NCBI GenBank assembly: GCA_965637545.1
Contig: OZ281500.1
Span: 19,778,001-19,842,000 of the forward strand
Length of the DNA: 64,000 nucleotides
From: Phallusia mammillata
Taxonomy: Eukaryota
Reading direction: 5' to 3'
Shown: piece by piece, positions 25,192-36,413 of the stretch
Layout: each line of letters opens with the position of its first letter
How positions within the stretch are numbered: the first letter of the stretch is position 1
Notes under the pieces: model-generated
Databases searched by the model: none
Told to the model about the DNA's origin: nothing
Seen by the model: the letters and a program-made list of their open reading frames with translations, nothing else
Translations under genes and position numbers: made by a program

Positions 25192-28100
25192 CCTGATCCA
25201 GACCCAAGTTCAATGGATTGAAGACAAGACTTCATATTCCTTTCATCCCAAGCTTTCAACTGATGCTGTCGAGACTGAAATCAAAACCCAAATTAAAACT
25301 GCATAAATTTACTCTTAGCATTGGTCAAACTAGATATGCTACATAAAGTTAGATTTTTTAGCACAACATCAAATTTAAACAAAATTTTAGTACATCAAAT
25401 TGTGGATTGTTAAAAAAAATTAAGAAAGAATCAGATACCTTTAAAGCACTATAAATTCAATGAAAACTATTAAACGAGTTGATATGCATAGACTTAGAAC
25501 TGTTGGTATATGCTTGAAATTACCGAATTAAATCCAGATGTGAGAATTTTTCCTGTGTCTCCAAGGCATTGTATGCGACTATCTTTATGGTTGTCATGTG
25601 CTTTTCCTTGTTGCACAACTGAGTTAGCTCGAGGATCCATCACAAACAGCTTTTTGTCCTAAAATGATATGAACAAAATGTTGGTAAATTGACATGTACA
25701 AAATAGCAATATTTACGATTTACTACATTTTCTATGAAAAAATACGCATTGAGATTAATTACGATTGAAAAAATCTTTTTAGAAAATAAAAATACGTTTT
25801 AAGAATTCTGAAAAATACAATTTTACCTTTGTTGTGCAGGCGATAGTTTTTCCATCATTTGACCAAGAAGCTGACTGAATTAGATCACATTCAACAGTAA
25901 AGTCTGCCAAAAAGTAGAACAAAACATGAGATCTTTACCATTAAAACTAAAGTAAAACCTTAATTCATCGAAAATCAGTTGATCATACTTTAGGATTATA
26001 ATATCAACTTGGGCAAAATTCTGGACAATTTCATAAACTATCTTTGGCGACATCAAAGTTCCGTTACAATGCTTGATGTAGCATGTTGTTGCACGTTACC
26101 TACCCCCAAACCGCTACTTTTAATAAAATATCATTACTATCACAGAAAAAAAACTTAGTTTTGTTTCTAAATAAGTTACAAACCACAAAGTTAAGCTTTC
26201 CAAGGCGCGTAGTAGCGTGAATCTACGCAGCCGTATGCATCGTACATCAAAATCAGTACAGACCACCATTACAATGTATATGTTTTATGAAGTGGTGGGA
26301 TTCAAATTTTTTGTCAGCCGGTTCTTTCACAAAAGTCATATTTTTAGCCGGTTCTGTTCCAAAAAGTCCATTGACAGTAACCAGTAATGCTAACAGGTTC
26401 GCTAATCTCATAAAATTTTGTGAGACGGTTCGATAGAACCGGTGCGAAGCAGCTGAATTCCACCACGGGTTTTGTGCCTTTAAAAAAAATTGTGAAAATA
26501 ACTGTAGTTTAGGCTACTTGGCGTTAAAATTCTGGACATTAGCATTGTTTTCAAAAATTATTTCCGGACACAGATTTTACTCTCCAATTCCAGACATATT
26601 TCAGGAAAATTCCGAACATCTGGTAACACTATCATATTTACCAATATTTGAAGTTCCAGCTAAAATATCTAAAACTTGAAAACTGTTTCCAGCAGCAACA
26701 GCCACCAAATTAGTCACAGGATGGTGTTTCACAAGCTCAGGCCTTCGTCGGAAACATTGAAATGTTTGTGTAGGATTCAACGACCCACTGATGCCAGATG
26801 AAGGAAGGTTCCATACTTTTACCTAATTTAATGTAAAATTATAGTTATGCATTGAATTCTAATGAGGAGTATAACTAAACCAATACATGCCATAAGTGAC
26901 TCATTCGAGTAATGAATATATATATATCCATAAACAATGTTCCAAAATATTGTATTTTTTTAAGTTACGCAAATAACATGAACAAGATTAAAAAACATTT
27001 GCACCAAAGACACAGAATTGGAAAACAGCTGCAAAACACTAATTAAAAACAAATTCACATTACAAGTGAAAGAGAGTGCAGCAGCTGCACATTTAAGGTT
27101 TACAGCTAATGTGTGACAAAAAAGTTGGTAAACTTGCTAGAGAAGTGAGCAGCATGAAGGTCAACATGACTGAATGAGTTGCTGTAAGTAATGTAACAAA
27201 ATAAATGAATACCACCAATAAAAACCCACACAAAAACGCAAGTGTTTGATGATCAAGATCAATCAAACGTACAAAGAAATTATAAAGTCAATACTCATAA
27301 ATATGTTGATAAATTACCTTCTTATAAAAAAGCACAGTAAGAACTGCTATAAAAACCAACACAGCAATTGCCACCCCGCAATGACATTTTCTACAAACTG
27401 TCCTAATTTTATGTAGTTCAAAAATCATTCAACAATCTGATCAGTTTGCAGGGCAATAATACACTACCAAAAAGCATTACAGTCTTAGTGGAATATATAC
27501 TGTCTAAAAATCAAGTCACATACACAATTGCCTGTTGTATGTTGTTTACAAAACCAACACAGGAATGGCTCTTACCATACAATCATCAGAGGCAGATATT
27601 AGCACATTATGGTAGAACAGTGAAAATTCAATATCTGTGATAAACCCAGCATGAGCTGCAAGCTGTGGTTCCTGACCCTTTCTTCCTGAATCATTAACTC
27701 CAAAAATGCCAAGTTTGCCTCCCCCTACAGAAAAACCCAATTATTCGCAGGACACACAAATGTAATTTACACATACCAACCACATTACTATTGTTTAATG
27801 TTGAAACAGACTATATTAGTCACTAAAACTTTACAATTAACTAAACTGTTTTGTATATAAATAATAGAGTACAGTTATAGATCCAGATTCCAGAATGCAA
27901 TCACACATTATTTGTAGTTAACAGGATACTTGCACTGTGCATTTGTACATGTGTAAAGTACTTGTGTCACATAATTAACAACACAATTATTTTCAATCCT
28001 TTTTGGGTTCCAAACAAAATGCAGCGTCTGATAAGAATTTTTTGTGACATTTTTAAAAGTAAAAAGTCAAACAGCACCAAAAATATGTGCAGATGGATGG

Positions 28101-28978
28101 AGATTGCATATGCTGCAGTTGAATGAATGACAAAAGCTTCAAGCAAACATACTAACCTGCTTGGCCAACGTTGCAAGCCACAAACTTTGCCCCACATGCA
28201 ACATGATTTCCAAAACACAGCGGTGTTTCTACAGATATGTCTGTGATGCAGTCCTACAAAGCACATACACAGCAGTTCACCAGCTTGTTTTTAACTAACG
28301 TCAATACTATATGTCAGGGTGGTGCAAACCCCGGCACACATGCTGCATGTGCCTTGCCCAAACTTTTTATCTGGCCTGCTAACACTTTCTGTGTATAATC
28401 GTCTACTAGATTTGTTTTGCTTGAAATTGCACACCATACAAGTCCAGGCCAATATGTATTTACTCCGAGGTAACCCGGGTTTTTACACTACTTGTGCTGA
28501 CATAACCACATTAAATTTAGCAGTTAGTTCAGCTTCCAGTAATTCAAATGGGCCCCAGTGAGAACTGATGTTTTTGTATGTTTTACTGGCATTTGTACAA
28601 TTAGTTTAGGTTGATTTGCATAGTGTTTTTTTTACTGCAAAATATGTCACATGCAAGATGTTTGCTTGTAAATGGCCAAATGATAAACCTGTACCCAAAG
28701 CCAAAATGTCAAACCAAGCAAAATGAATTGTAATGACACAAAGCATAAGCAAGTCTTGCACATAAACTGAGTCCAGTTATGACATGGAAATTTAAATTAA
28801 AAAGTATGTTGTTCCAATCAACTGATTAAATACATAACCTAATGAGAAAAAATCATTAAGAAAAAAACAAATGGTACTTTTATGACTTTTAATAGTTATT
28901 AAAACTGATTGACATTACCTCTTTTCTTCCTGGCTTTGGAACCGAGTTCTTGTATTTTGATGCTTTAAATCGATACAT
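25192..28978 (-). pseudogene. CORO7: Coronin-7-like gene, 3'-truncated (N-terminal ~230-260 aa only), probably decaying
   Basis: Phase-consistent exons: 28978-28919 (MYRFKASKYKNSVPKPGRKE), 27724-27576 (GGGKLGI...HAGFITDIEFS...ASDDCM), 26822-26642 (VKVWNLP...HHP), 25903-25827 (DLIQSASWSNDG...TTK), 25658-25524 (DKKLFVMDPR...AHDNHKDSR...TSGFNS), 25274-25192 (QLKAWDERN...IELGSGSG). These match the order of the first coronin-7 propeller. Exon 2 is seen only as a possibly frameshifted relic near 27777-27840. No further coronin exons were found before the vasorin-like 3' end. Confidence 0.72.
26290..26468. mobile_element. hAT-type MITE, family with TIR CAGTGGTGGGATTCA
   Basis: Degenerate TIRs; 8-bp TSD gttttatg/gttttgtg; homologous along its length to 41248-41427. 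Confidence 0.8.
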
Positions 28979-29806
28979 ATTCGATATAAAACTTAAACCA
29001 AACAAGAATTCTGTTTAACTGTGTATTGAACAACTTTTAACATGTAATACCTAATGTCGTTTGACACAGAAACAAATGTAGGCAAAAGATTTTTAGGAAA
29101 CAAAAGTTTTTGCTGGCCCAAAACAAAAACTAGTAGTTTCGGTTGTCTAAAATATTGTAGCGAATTATGACAATACCTTTCTAATTCAACTTTTCTTAAA
29201 TGCCTGAAAAATGCATGAAGTTTAATAACAGATTATAAGCATAAGCAGTTAACTGCTATTGTCTCCACAAAATAAGTTACCTTTTTGAATTTTAATAAAA
29301 CATTTTTATGCTGTTTTTTGGCTGGTTTAAATTGTCACAAACATTTTATTGCAATAGATACATACAATTCTTTCCTAGTTTTAGTTGTAAGAGATATTTC
29401 TCAGGTATTTTTTCTTGTAAGCCAAAAATGCTAAACGATATAAATCTTTCCTTTTTTCCAACAGTAACCGTACTTTTAAAAAAACTTAACTCATGTGACA
29501 AGTGCTTATTCTTTGTAAACATTTCTTGCAACTAAACAACACCACGTCGCAAGTTTGGGTAAAAACTTTTCTATTTCTGTTTTGCAAACTTTCCCACAAC
29601 CAACAATTGAACCGGTAGGGTGGGAGTTCCCCGGACAAGGAAGTCGCCGACTTTGGCAATTTTTAGCTGTTTGTGGTCGCATAAAAACCTCAAAAATGAA
29701 TCACCCCAATTTGTGTAAGCAGTACAGGTTTATTAACAAATACAACTCCTGTAAAAATATGTACAACATAATTTTTACGTACAACTCAAGTTTTTTTATG
29801 TACAAC

Positions 29807-32800
29807 TCAAGTCTTTGATGATTTAACTCCGGCAGATGTTGTGATGGCGCTGACTTGCATATTATTGGAGGAATTCTCCTTGTATTTCGCCTTGGGAGAA
29901 ATACCGCAAATTTTTCTCAACACCGAAAATGTCTCATTCCGCATTGTGCTGCAAATCAAATCAAGTTTTTTTAATGTATCTGCATTTAAATAAGTAATTA
30001 GCACGCAAGCTACAGCTAATAAAGTAAGGTAAATTGAAAGTAAAGTAGACTACAAGAAACTGTTTGCGAAGTCAGTCAACACAGCAAAGTGGAATTACAA
30101 TACCTGGAAGCTATATTGTAGAAAACAGGATTAAGGGATTCACTCAGTCTCAAACACATGTACTCGGCCATTCCAAACCACCAGTTGAAGGCGTGATCTT
30201 CGTATGTGACTGCTTTTACGTTGGTGGCGTAAATATGGTATGCTAAAATTAAAGTGGAAACAGTTGATTGTTGTGTAGTTTATTTCGCTTAATGAAAGAA
30301 AATTTAGCAACAGAACTGCACTATAACGATTGCCAAGCCCGAAATAATTACGCAACGTTGAAACGTTATGGAGCGCAAAAAAGTGTAAATTGGTGGATAA
30401 CGGCTGAACGCGTTGAAGCTACACCGTACAATTACTGGACTCAGTTAGACCAATAGCATCAGTTTGATATGGTCTTGTTGGCAAAGACGTTCTTGTTGAG
30501 AAAATAACAATGTAAATGTAATAAAGAAAAAGGCTAGGATGTTTTACTTAAAATAGTTCTGTCCTATGGCATACCAAAATACTTTTCATTTAGTATTCAT
30601 TTATAAGTTATTAATGATCTAAAACGTAGTATTTTACCTGTGAGAGGAATGTATCCAAACATATAGCTCCCAACAATCAGAGCAAGTTGTAGAACTGCTT
30701 GATTCTCTTTTCTTTGTCTTTGAGTTTCCGTAGATTGTTTGTCAGTTGATTTACCTGACATTTTAGAAAGTGTTTGTTAATTTTGACGTACGGGTTTACC
30801 AGTATAAAATTTAGCTTAGTCTTGTTTAAATATGTTGTTCTACCTTTAACCCTTTCATTACGACGCATGAGTATGACTACAGTTACTCCAAGGGAACATA
30901 CGACAATCAGACCCAGAGGAATATAATAGAAAATGGGATATCCGGCATAGATGTACATTCGGAACTGCGGGAGCCTGAAAAAAATATTTTCAGTCGGTCG
31001 CCAAGCACTTCTATACGGCAAGGCATCTCCTGAAAAATACTAGCCTGTGGTGGGATTCGAACCAACGACAGGAGTCTTCCTGGGGCTCGCGATATACCAA
31101 CTGAGTGACACAGGCTCAGCGGCGAGCTCGTCGATAGTCGGATCACAAGCATCGTTGCCTGCCTCGTATGCTGCACATCGCCAGACTGACCAGTATCAGT
31201 TAAGGTGAACATAAATGTATAACTAGGATCAACCCTGTAGCGCTACCATATGATTTAGTATGACGCCTTTAATGGGCCTGGCGTACTGCGATTTATATAC
31301 GAGTGTGCCGTGATAGCTGGTCTGTATAGACGCTCAGGGCTGATCCCAGTTATAAATTTATGTTCATCTTAACTAATATTCCATATATTACCATTTTAGG
31401 GTTTTAAATCTAGCAATGCAGTTCTTCCGGCGAGATATAAGTTTAATTCAACTTACAATTGACAAAAAAAAATTACCAATCTATTAATATTGTGCAGGCT
31501 GGCCAAGCCCGTTCCATTCCATCGACGCTTCTGTCAATTTCCTGAGCATCAAACCAGATCAGAAAAGGTACAAAACCGGTTCCGATTGCTACAATCCAAA
31601 TCACAAAAATGCACACCTGTTTCAAAAAACTGGTTTCAGGTATTTATGTTTCTCACATATATAACTAAGATTGTTAACTACTAGGTCAGAAAAGGTTGAT
31701 GCTGCAGACTTTTGGTTTTCACTAAACGTTTTCACTAACATCATAGATTACCAACACAACAAAAATTACTTAAAAATGGTCGCCAAACTTGGGTTTACAT
31801 CTTTTGTACAGTAAATGTTATAGGGATACTATATGCTAGATTTACGAAGTTGTTAAAAGCAAGGTTTTGCTGACACAGTTTTGACATACTTTTGCGTGAA
31901 ATGGCTTGATGACTTTATAGTGATGGGGCCACATTATTGAGAACAGCCGAAGGAAGGAAAAGCAAAGTATATGGAAAGATGTTGATATTGAAGTTCCGGT
32001 ATCGCCTGCCCAGAAGAACTAAAAAGAAGTTTGTTTAAATGACCTACTTTCCTTTTCAGTATTATCCATGTTAAAATAGTATTTGCTATACCAACAGAAC
32101 TGCGTGGACAATAATTCAATACTGCTGAGATTCTGCCCAGCGCACAACACATATCAACATCTATACCAATAAATTACTGGCATATTTAAAGACTGTTCAT
32201 ACATTTAAACCCACTAGATCAAAGTTGTGAGTCGGCCTCGGGTTTAGGTTCAAATAAAACTGGCCCAATTCAGGCCTTGTATAGACAAATGCGTTGTGGG
32301 CTTGCACTTTTGGGTTTGCGCCCTACTTTTAAACCCACTTACAATTATAATTTGGATGTGGGGCAATTTTTGTACCATGCAGGTATTTTACTATTCAATC
32401 AAGAAGTATTCCTTGCCTTGCAGAGAAATCCCGAAATAACCCAGTGGTCGAATCCCCAGGTTCGTCGATACAGAAAAAGCGGGGTCAAGATGGCCGAGAT
32501 AAAGTCAGAAATACAAAGGCTGACAATGAAGAAGTTAAAGATGGTTCTGCGTGCAAGAAAGTCTTACATTTATACAATATTAATTTAAACTGAAGAGATC
32601 AAGGCTCGAGATCAAGGCTGGCATAAAAGTGAATTCAGGAATTCTACTTGTTGGATGCCATTTTATGATTTAGTTCATTTTCTATCGTTAAAAAGTATAT
32701 AAAACGAGTAAAAAGATTGAAAGTAGCGAATGAGAAGAACAAAATATATCATAATGCATCATATTTCATAAAATTCAGTGCTAAATTATTGTTACCACAG

Positions 32801-33575
32801 GTAAACAATCAATGCATTTTTTTCAGATTAAGTTGTTAGAGGTTGCTTAGTATTTCCACAGCACGTGTTACAATATTTTATTTTCACCGCTATATCACCT
32901 TAGCTTCGGGGTTTTGAGAATGACGTAGACGGTGAGCAGATTGGCGAATATTCCAAATGTGGCTGGAGGTAGTAAGACGGCTGCACTTGCAATAGTAGCA
33001 GTTGAATCGAATGGATGACGGTATGGCCTTAATGCAAAAACAATCATTAGCTAAGATGAAGAAACATTTATTACTGGATCAGGATGACGGTATGGCCTTA
33101 ATGCAAAAACAATCATTTGCTAAGATGAAGAAACATTCAATACTGGATCAGCCCTGAAGTATTTATGCAGACCAACCATTGTGGCACACTCTTATGTAAA
33201 TCATAGCATGCACGCTAGGTCTGTTGGCGGTGTCATACTGAATCAAGCCAATTTCCCAAGCATTCTCATATGTCATGGCGTACACTCGAAAAACCTATCC
33301 TGCGGTGGGATTCGAACCCATGGCTAGCGCTTTACCAACTGAAAAACATATGCTCGACCGTCAAAAGTCGAATCAAGCACCGTTGCTTGACTTGCATGCC
33401 ACACATGTCAGCTTTGTAGTAGGGCATCACCAGTTTAACTAATGCAGTTTTTTTTTTCAATTTTAAACCTGACAGGCCAAAACCTAACTAACGATATCAA
33501 TGGAACTTACTCTAAGGTTGCAGTTTCATTTCCAGAACCTGTCTCAGGAATTTCGGTGGTGTTAATTTCCGACAT
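29807..33575 (-). CDS. Class A (rhodopsin-like) peptide-type GPCR, copy A1, 373 aa
   Basis: Nine exons: 33575-33511, 33027-32899, 32546-32417 (GC donor), 32018-31890, 31616-31477, 30974-30844, 30754-30638, 30242-30104, 29948-29807. Open frame of 1122 nt. N-glycosylated N-terminus (NTT, NET); TM1 GIFANLLT; TM2 SDF; ECL1 W..SGFLCK; TM7 NPVFY. AATAAA about 75 nt after the stop. Confidence 0.85.
30995..31195 (-). mobile_element. tRNA-like cassette with conserved flanks (member of the TTAA-TIR family)
   Basis: On -: GCCTGTG...CACAGGC perfect acceptor stem, A-box-like TCACTCAGTTGG, B-box GGTTCGAATCC, then TAGTATTTTT. The 5' and 3' flanks are shared with copies at 33140-33415, 52237-52440, 56293-56392 and 61745-61864. 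Confidence 0.7.
31204..31368. mobile_element. 165-bp MITE flanked by TTAA, with 34-bp TIRs (Kolobok-like termini)
   Basis: TTAA|GGTGAACATAAATGTATAACTAGGATCAACCCTG ... CAGGGCTGATCCCAGTTATAAATTTATGTTCATC|TTAA; the TIRs match at 30 of 34 positions. Confidence 0.8.
33013..33150. repeat. 69-bp tandem duplication spanning the exon-2 splice acceptor of GPCR-A1
   Basis: Units start at 33013 and 33082 and are nearly identical; absent from the paralogous position in GPCR-A2. Confidence 0.9.
33140..33415 (-). mobile_element. tRNA-like cassette joined to the TTAA-family TIR end, in GPCR-A1 intron 1 (paralogous relic at 41625-41760)
   Basis: On -: TCAGTTGGTAAAGCG...GGGTTCGAATCCCACCGCAGGATAGGTTTTT, then CATATGAGAATGCTTGG...CAGGGCTGATCCAG. 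Confidence 0.65.
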
Positions 33576-34947
33576 TTTATACGATGGAACAAGAGCAGAT
33601 TAAAAGGATAAATATCTAAACAACAAAATACCCGATACGATACAAACAATGTAATCGGAAACTGGAAAAACTGTTTCACACAACTCCGCACTTTGGAGTG
33701 CAAAAAAAGCAAACACTTGCATTCACAATTTTAAAGTCACATAATATAATCTTCAGCATTTATCAAATAAAAAAATGCACTTTTTATTTGACACAGTACG
33801 CCAAAGCTTGCTTTCGTTATGGTGACTACACATTTTCCTTATTTTATGCAATAAGTTTTCATAACAGCGGAGCAATTTTTTCATTTGCAGATTTTCACTT
33901 GAAATTTTCAACTACTTCATCGGCTTCAATCTTGTTGCCATCGTTTACTGTCTAAACAATTTTTTTTTTCCTAATGCAAAAATAGTTTGCCTGACAAAAC
34001 TTTAAGCGTGGAGTTCACGGTCTTATCTAACTTGTAATATGTTTTACACAGTTTTTAGCAATACGATACTGACGAATATTTTTTTACCTGTTTGGGTAAA
34101 GAAGAAATGACATGAGAAAAAAATATAAGACTTGTGGGAAACCCGCAGAACCACGATCGGTAGAGTATTACATTAAATAATTTAGTTCGCAAATGAATTT
34201 CTAATGAAAATCACTTTGAAGCCGTTCTAATTTCACATGTACACGCGCCTGAATATTTAATTCGGAAACATGCGAAAAGAACTCGTCAGTTTGCGAGGTA
34301 CGGATGTTCGACAAAGAAAACAGGAGATTTGAAATTCAGTAGTTTCTTGGGGGTGTTTGCACAGGTGTTCCAAGTAAGAAAACATTAAAACTACAACAGC
34401 TAAAGTTTTAAACAGGGTCAGGCTTAGGCCTACGGGCCGGGTTTGGGCATAACTCTCTATTGATAAAAATAAAAAATAATTATACTAAAATGGCTTGATT
34501 AACATTGCCCAAATTTACATTGCGATACTTCTAATTTTATTTGTGATGTGAATGTACATGTCCACAAGGAGTGTATCCGAACATCCAATGTGGATATGCT
34601 CGCCAAATTGGTCCATACGTTAAATGTAACTTTTGGTCCAAATGTAACTTTTCGGCATAGCTTGGATTCAGCTTAGAGGACATGAGCGAAACTTTAAATT
34701 TCATTTAACTGAAACAAAAAACGTTTTAAGATACGAACGTTGTCAAAATTTTAAAGTGAAAAATTTGTTACTGTTTACAACCTAAAGTTAGTGTGGAAGT
34801 CATTAGGTGTTGTAAGTCAAGCAAAAAAAATCGTCTTCGTGAACAAACAAACAAACTATTAAAAAGTCGATAATCGAAGCTCTAAAACCATTTAGTGCAA
34901 AAATAATTTAAAATACTTTGACCACCGGATACTTGCGTTATCTCTAC

Positions 34948-35089
34948 CTGGAAGCCAGATCGCAACAGAGTAGATTGAGACATTCACTCAATCTTAGTAG
35001 CATGCATTCGGACATTCCGAACCACCAGTGGACCACTTCATCATGCATGATGAGTTACTGTTTTGTTGTGGTCGCGTAGATGTGACAAG
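34948..35089 (-). pseudogene. Orphan decayed copy of GPCR-C exon 8 (TM7)
   Basis: Aligns to 43879-43741. It has -1 and +4 indels, an in-frame TAA, and NPIFY changed to NLLCC; AG and GT are still present. Confidence 0.85.
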
Positions 35090-35589
35090 CTTTAGAAGCA
35101 GATGAATGTCTTAAATATCTGAAATCTCATCAGTCTAAACCTATAATCTGTGCGCACGTTTATGTATGTTTTATGTATGTGCCACTTATATATATATATA
35201 CCATGTATTTTATCCTCGCGGTAATTTCCGATGTAACGTCGTATGCAGAGTTGTAACGAATTTTGAGCCCGAAACCGAATCGTTATTAGAAAGGTCGTTA
35301 AGGCCCGAAAGCTTTATTGACAGGGCCATAATAAAGAAGGCATGCATAATTTGACAATAATAGACAACAGCTCAAACAACATGTTTCTGGGCTGATGGGC
35401 TTCGGGTTAAATTCACCAACAAGCTACTTATAGCTAGATAATTTATATATTTACGACATGGACATTTAAAGTAAAATATATATTATGGCAAAAAACAGAA
35501 TTAATAAACAACCTAACAAAAAAATCATAAAAAATAAACGGTACTTTTGTATCTTCAAATATTTTTCAAAAAAAAATGGTTGATATTAC

Positions 35590-35642
35590 CTTTTTTCTTC
35601 CTTGCTTTAGTTCTTCTATTTTGGTACTTTAAATCGATACAT
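35590..35642 (-). pseudogene. Decayed duplicate of coronin-7-like exon 1
   Basis: ATG TAT CGA TTT AAA GTA CCA AAA TAG: stop at codon 9. It is 53 nt versus 60 nt at 28978-28919; the donor GTAAT is retained. Confidence 0.85.
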
Positions 35643-36413
35643 ATTTGAAACCGAACTTAGACCAAACAAAAACTCGTTAAATTGTATTAAGTAACGTTTA
35701 GCATGTAATAATACTGTCTGATACAGAAAAAAACCTATTAATTTGACGAAAAAAGTGGTAGGCATCAATAACTATAGTGCAGTAGAAATGAGTCAAAGTT
35801 TTCTGAAACATTGTAGCGAAATATGACAATACCTTTCTGATTCAGTTTTTCTTAAATGTCTGAAAAAATGCCTTTAGTTTCATAACATATTATAAGTATG
35901 TACAATAAACTGTTATTGTCTCTACAAATACAACTTGAAATATCGAATTCTAACAAAACATTTTAGATTTTGTGCCACTTGTAACTTTTTGACTATAGTT
36001 TTAATTGTCATAAACTGATTTTCTTGCATTAGATACAAAACAATTCTTTTCTAGTTATATTTTTAATAGGAAAGTGTTCTCAGGTATTTTTTTCTTGTAA
36101 GCCGAAAACGCTAAAGAGTAAATGCACTTTTTTTCTAAAAATAACTGTACCAGGTCGAGTAGTTTGAGAAGGTGGCAAAAGTAAAAACTGTTCTAATTCT
36201 GTTTTACAAACTTTCCCACAACCAAAAACTTGTAGGGTGGGGTTCCCCAGTTGGGGAATCCCCAATCGCTGACTTTGGCAATTTTTAGATGTTTGTGGTC
36301 GCATAGGAACCTCGAAAATAAATCACTCAAATTTGTGTAAGCGGTACAGGTTTATTAACAAATACAACTCCTGCGAAAATATGTACAATAACATGTTTAC
36401 TTTGATGCACAAC

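Noticed and set aside
28979-29806. GPCR-A1 and coronin as a tunicate-style operon
   Set aside because: About 700 bp separate the GPCR poly(A) signal (about 29730) from the coronin acceptor, enough for an independent promoter; not the abutting arrangement typical of such operons.
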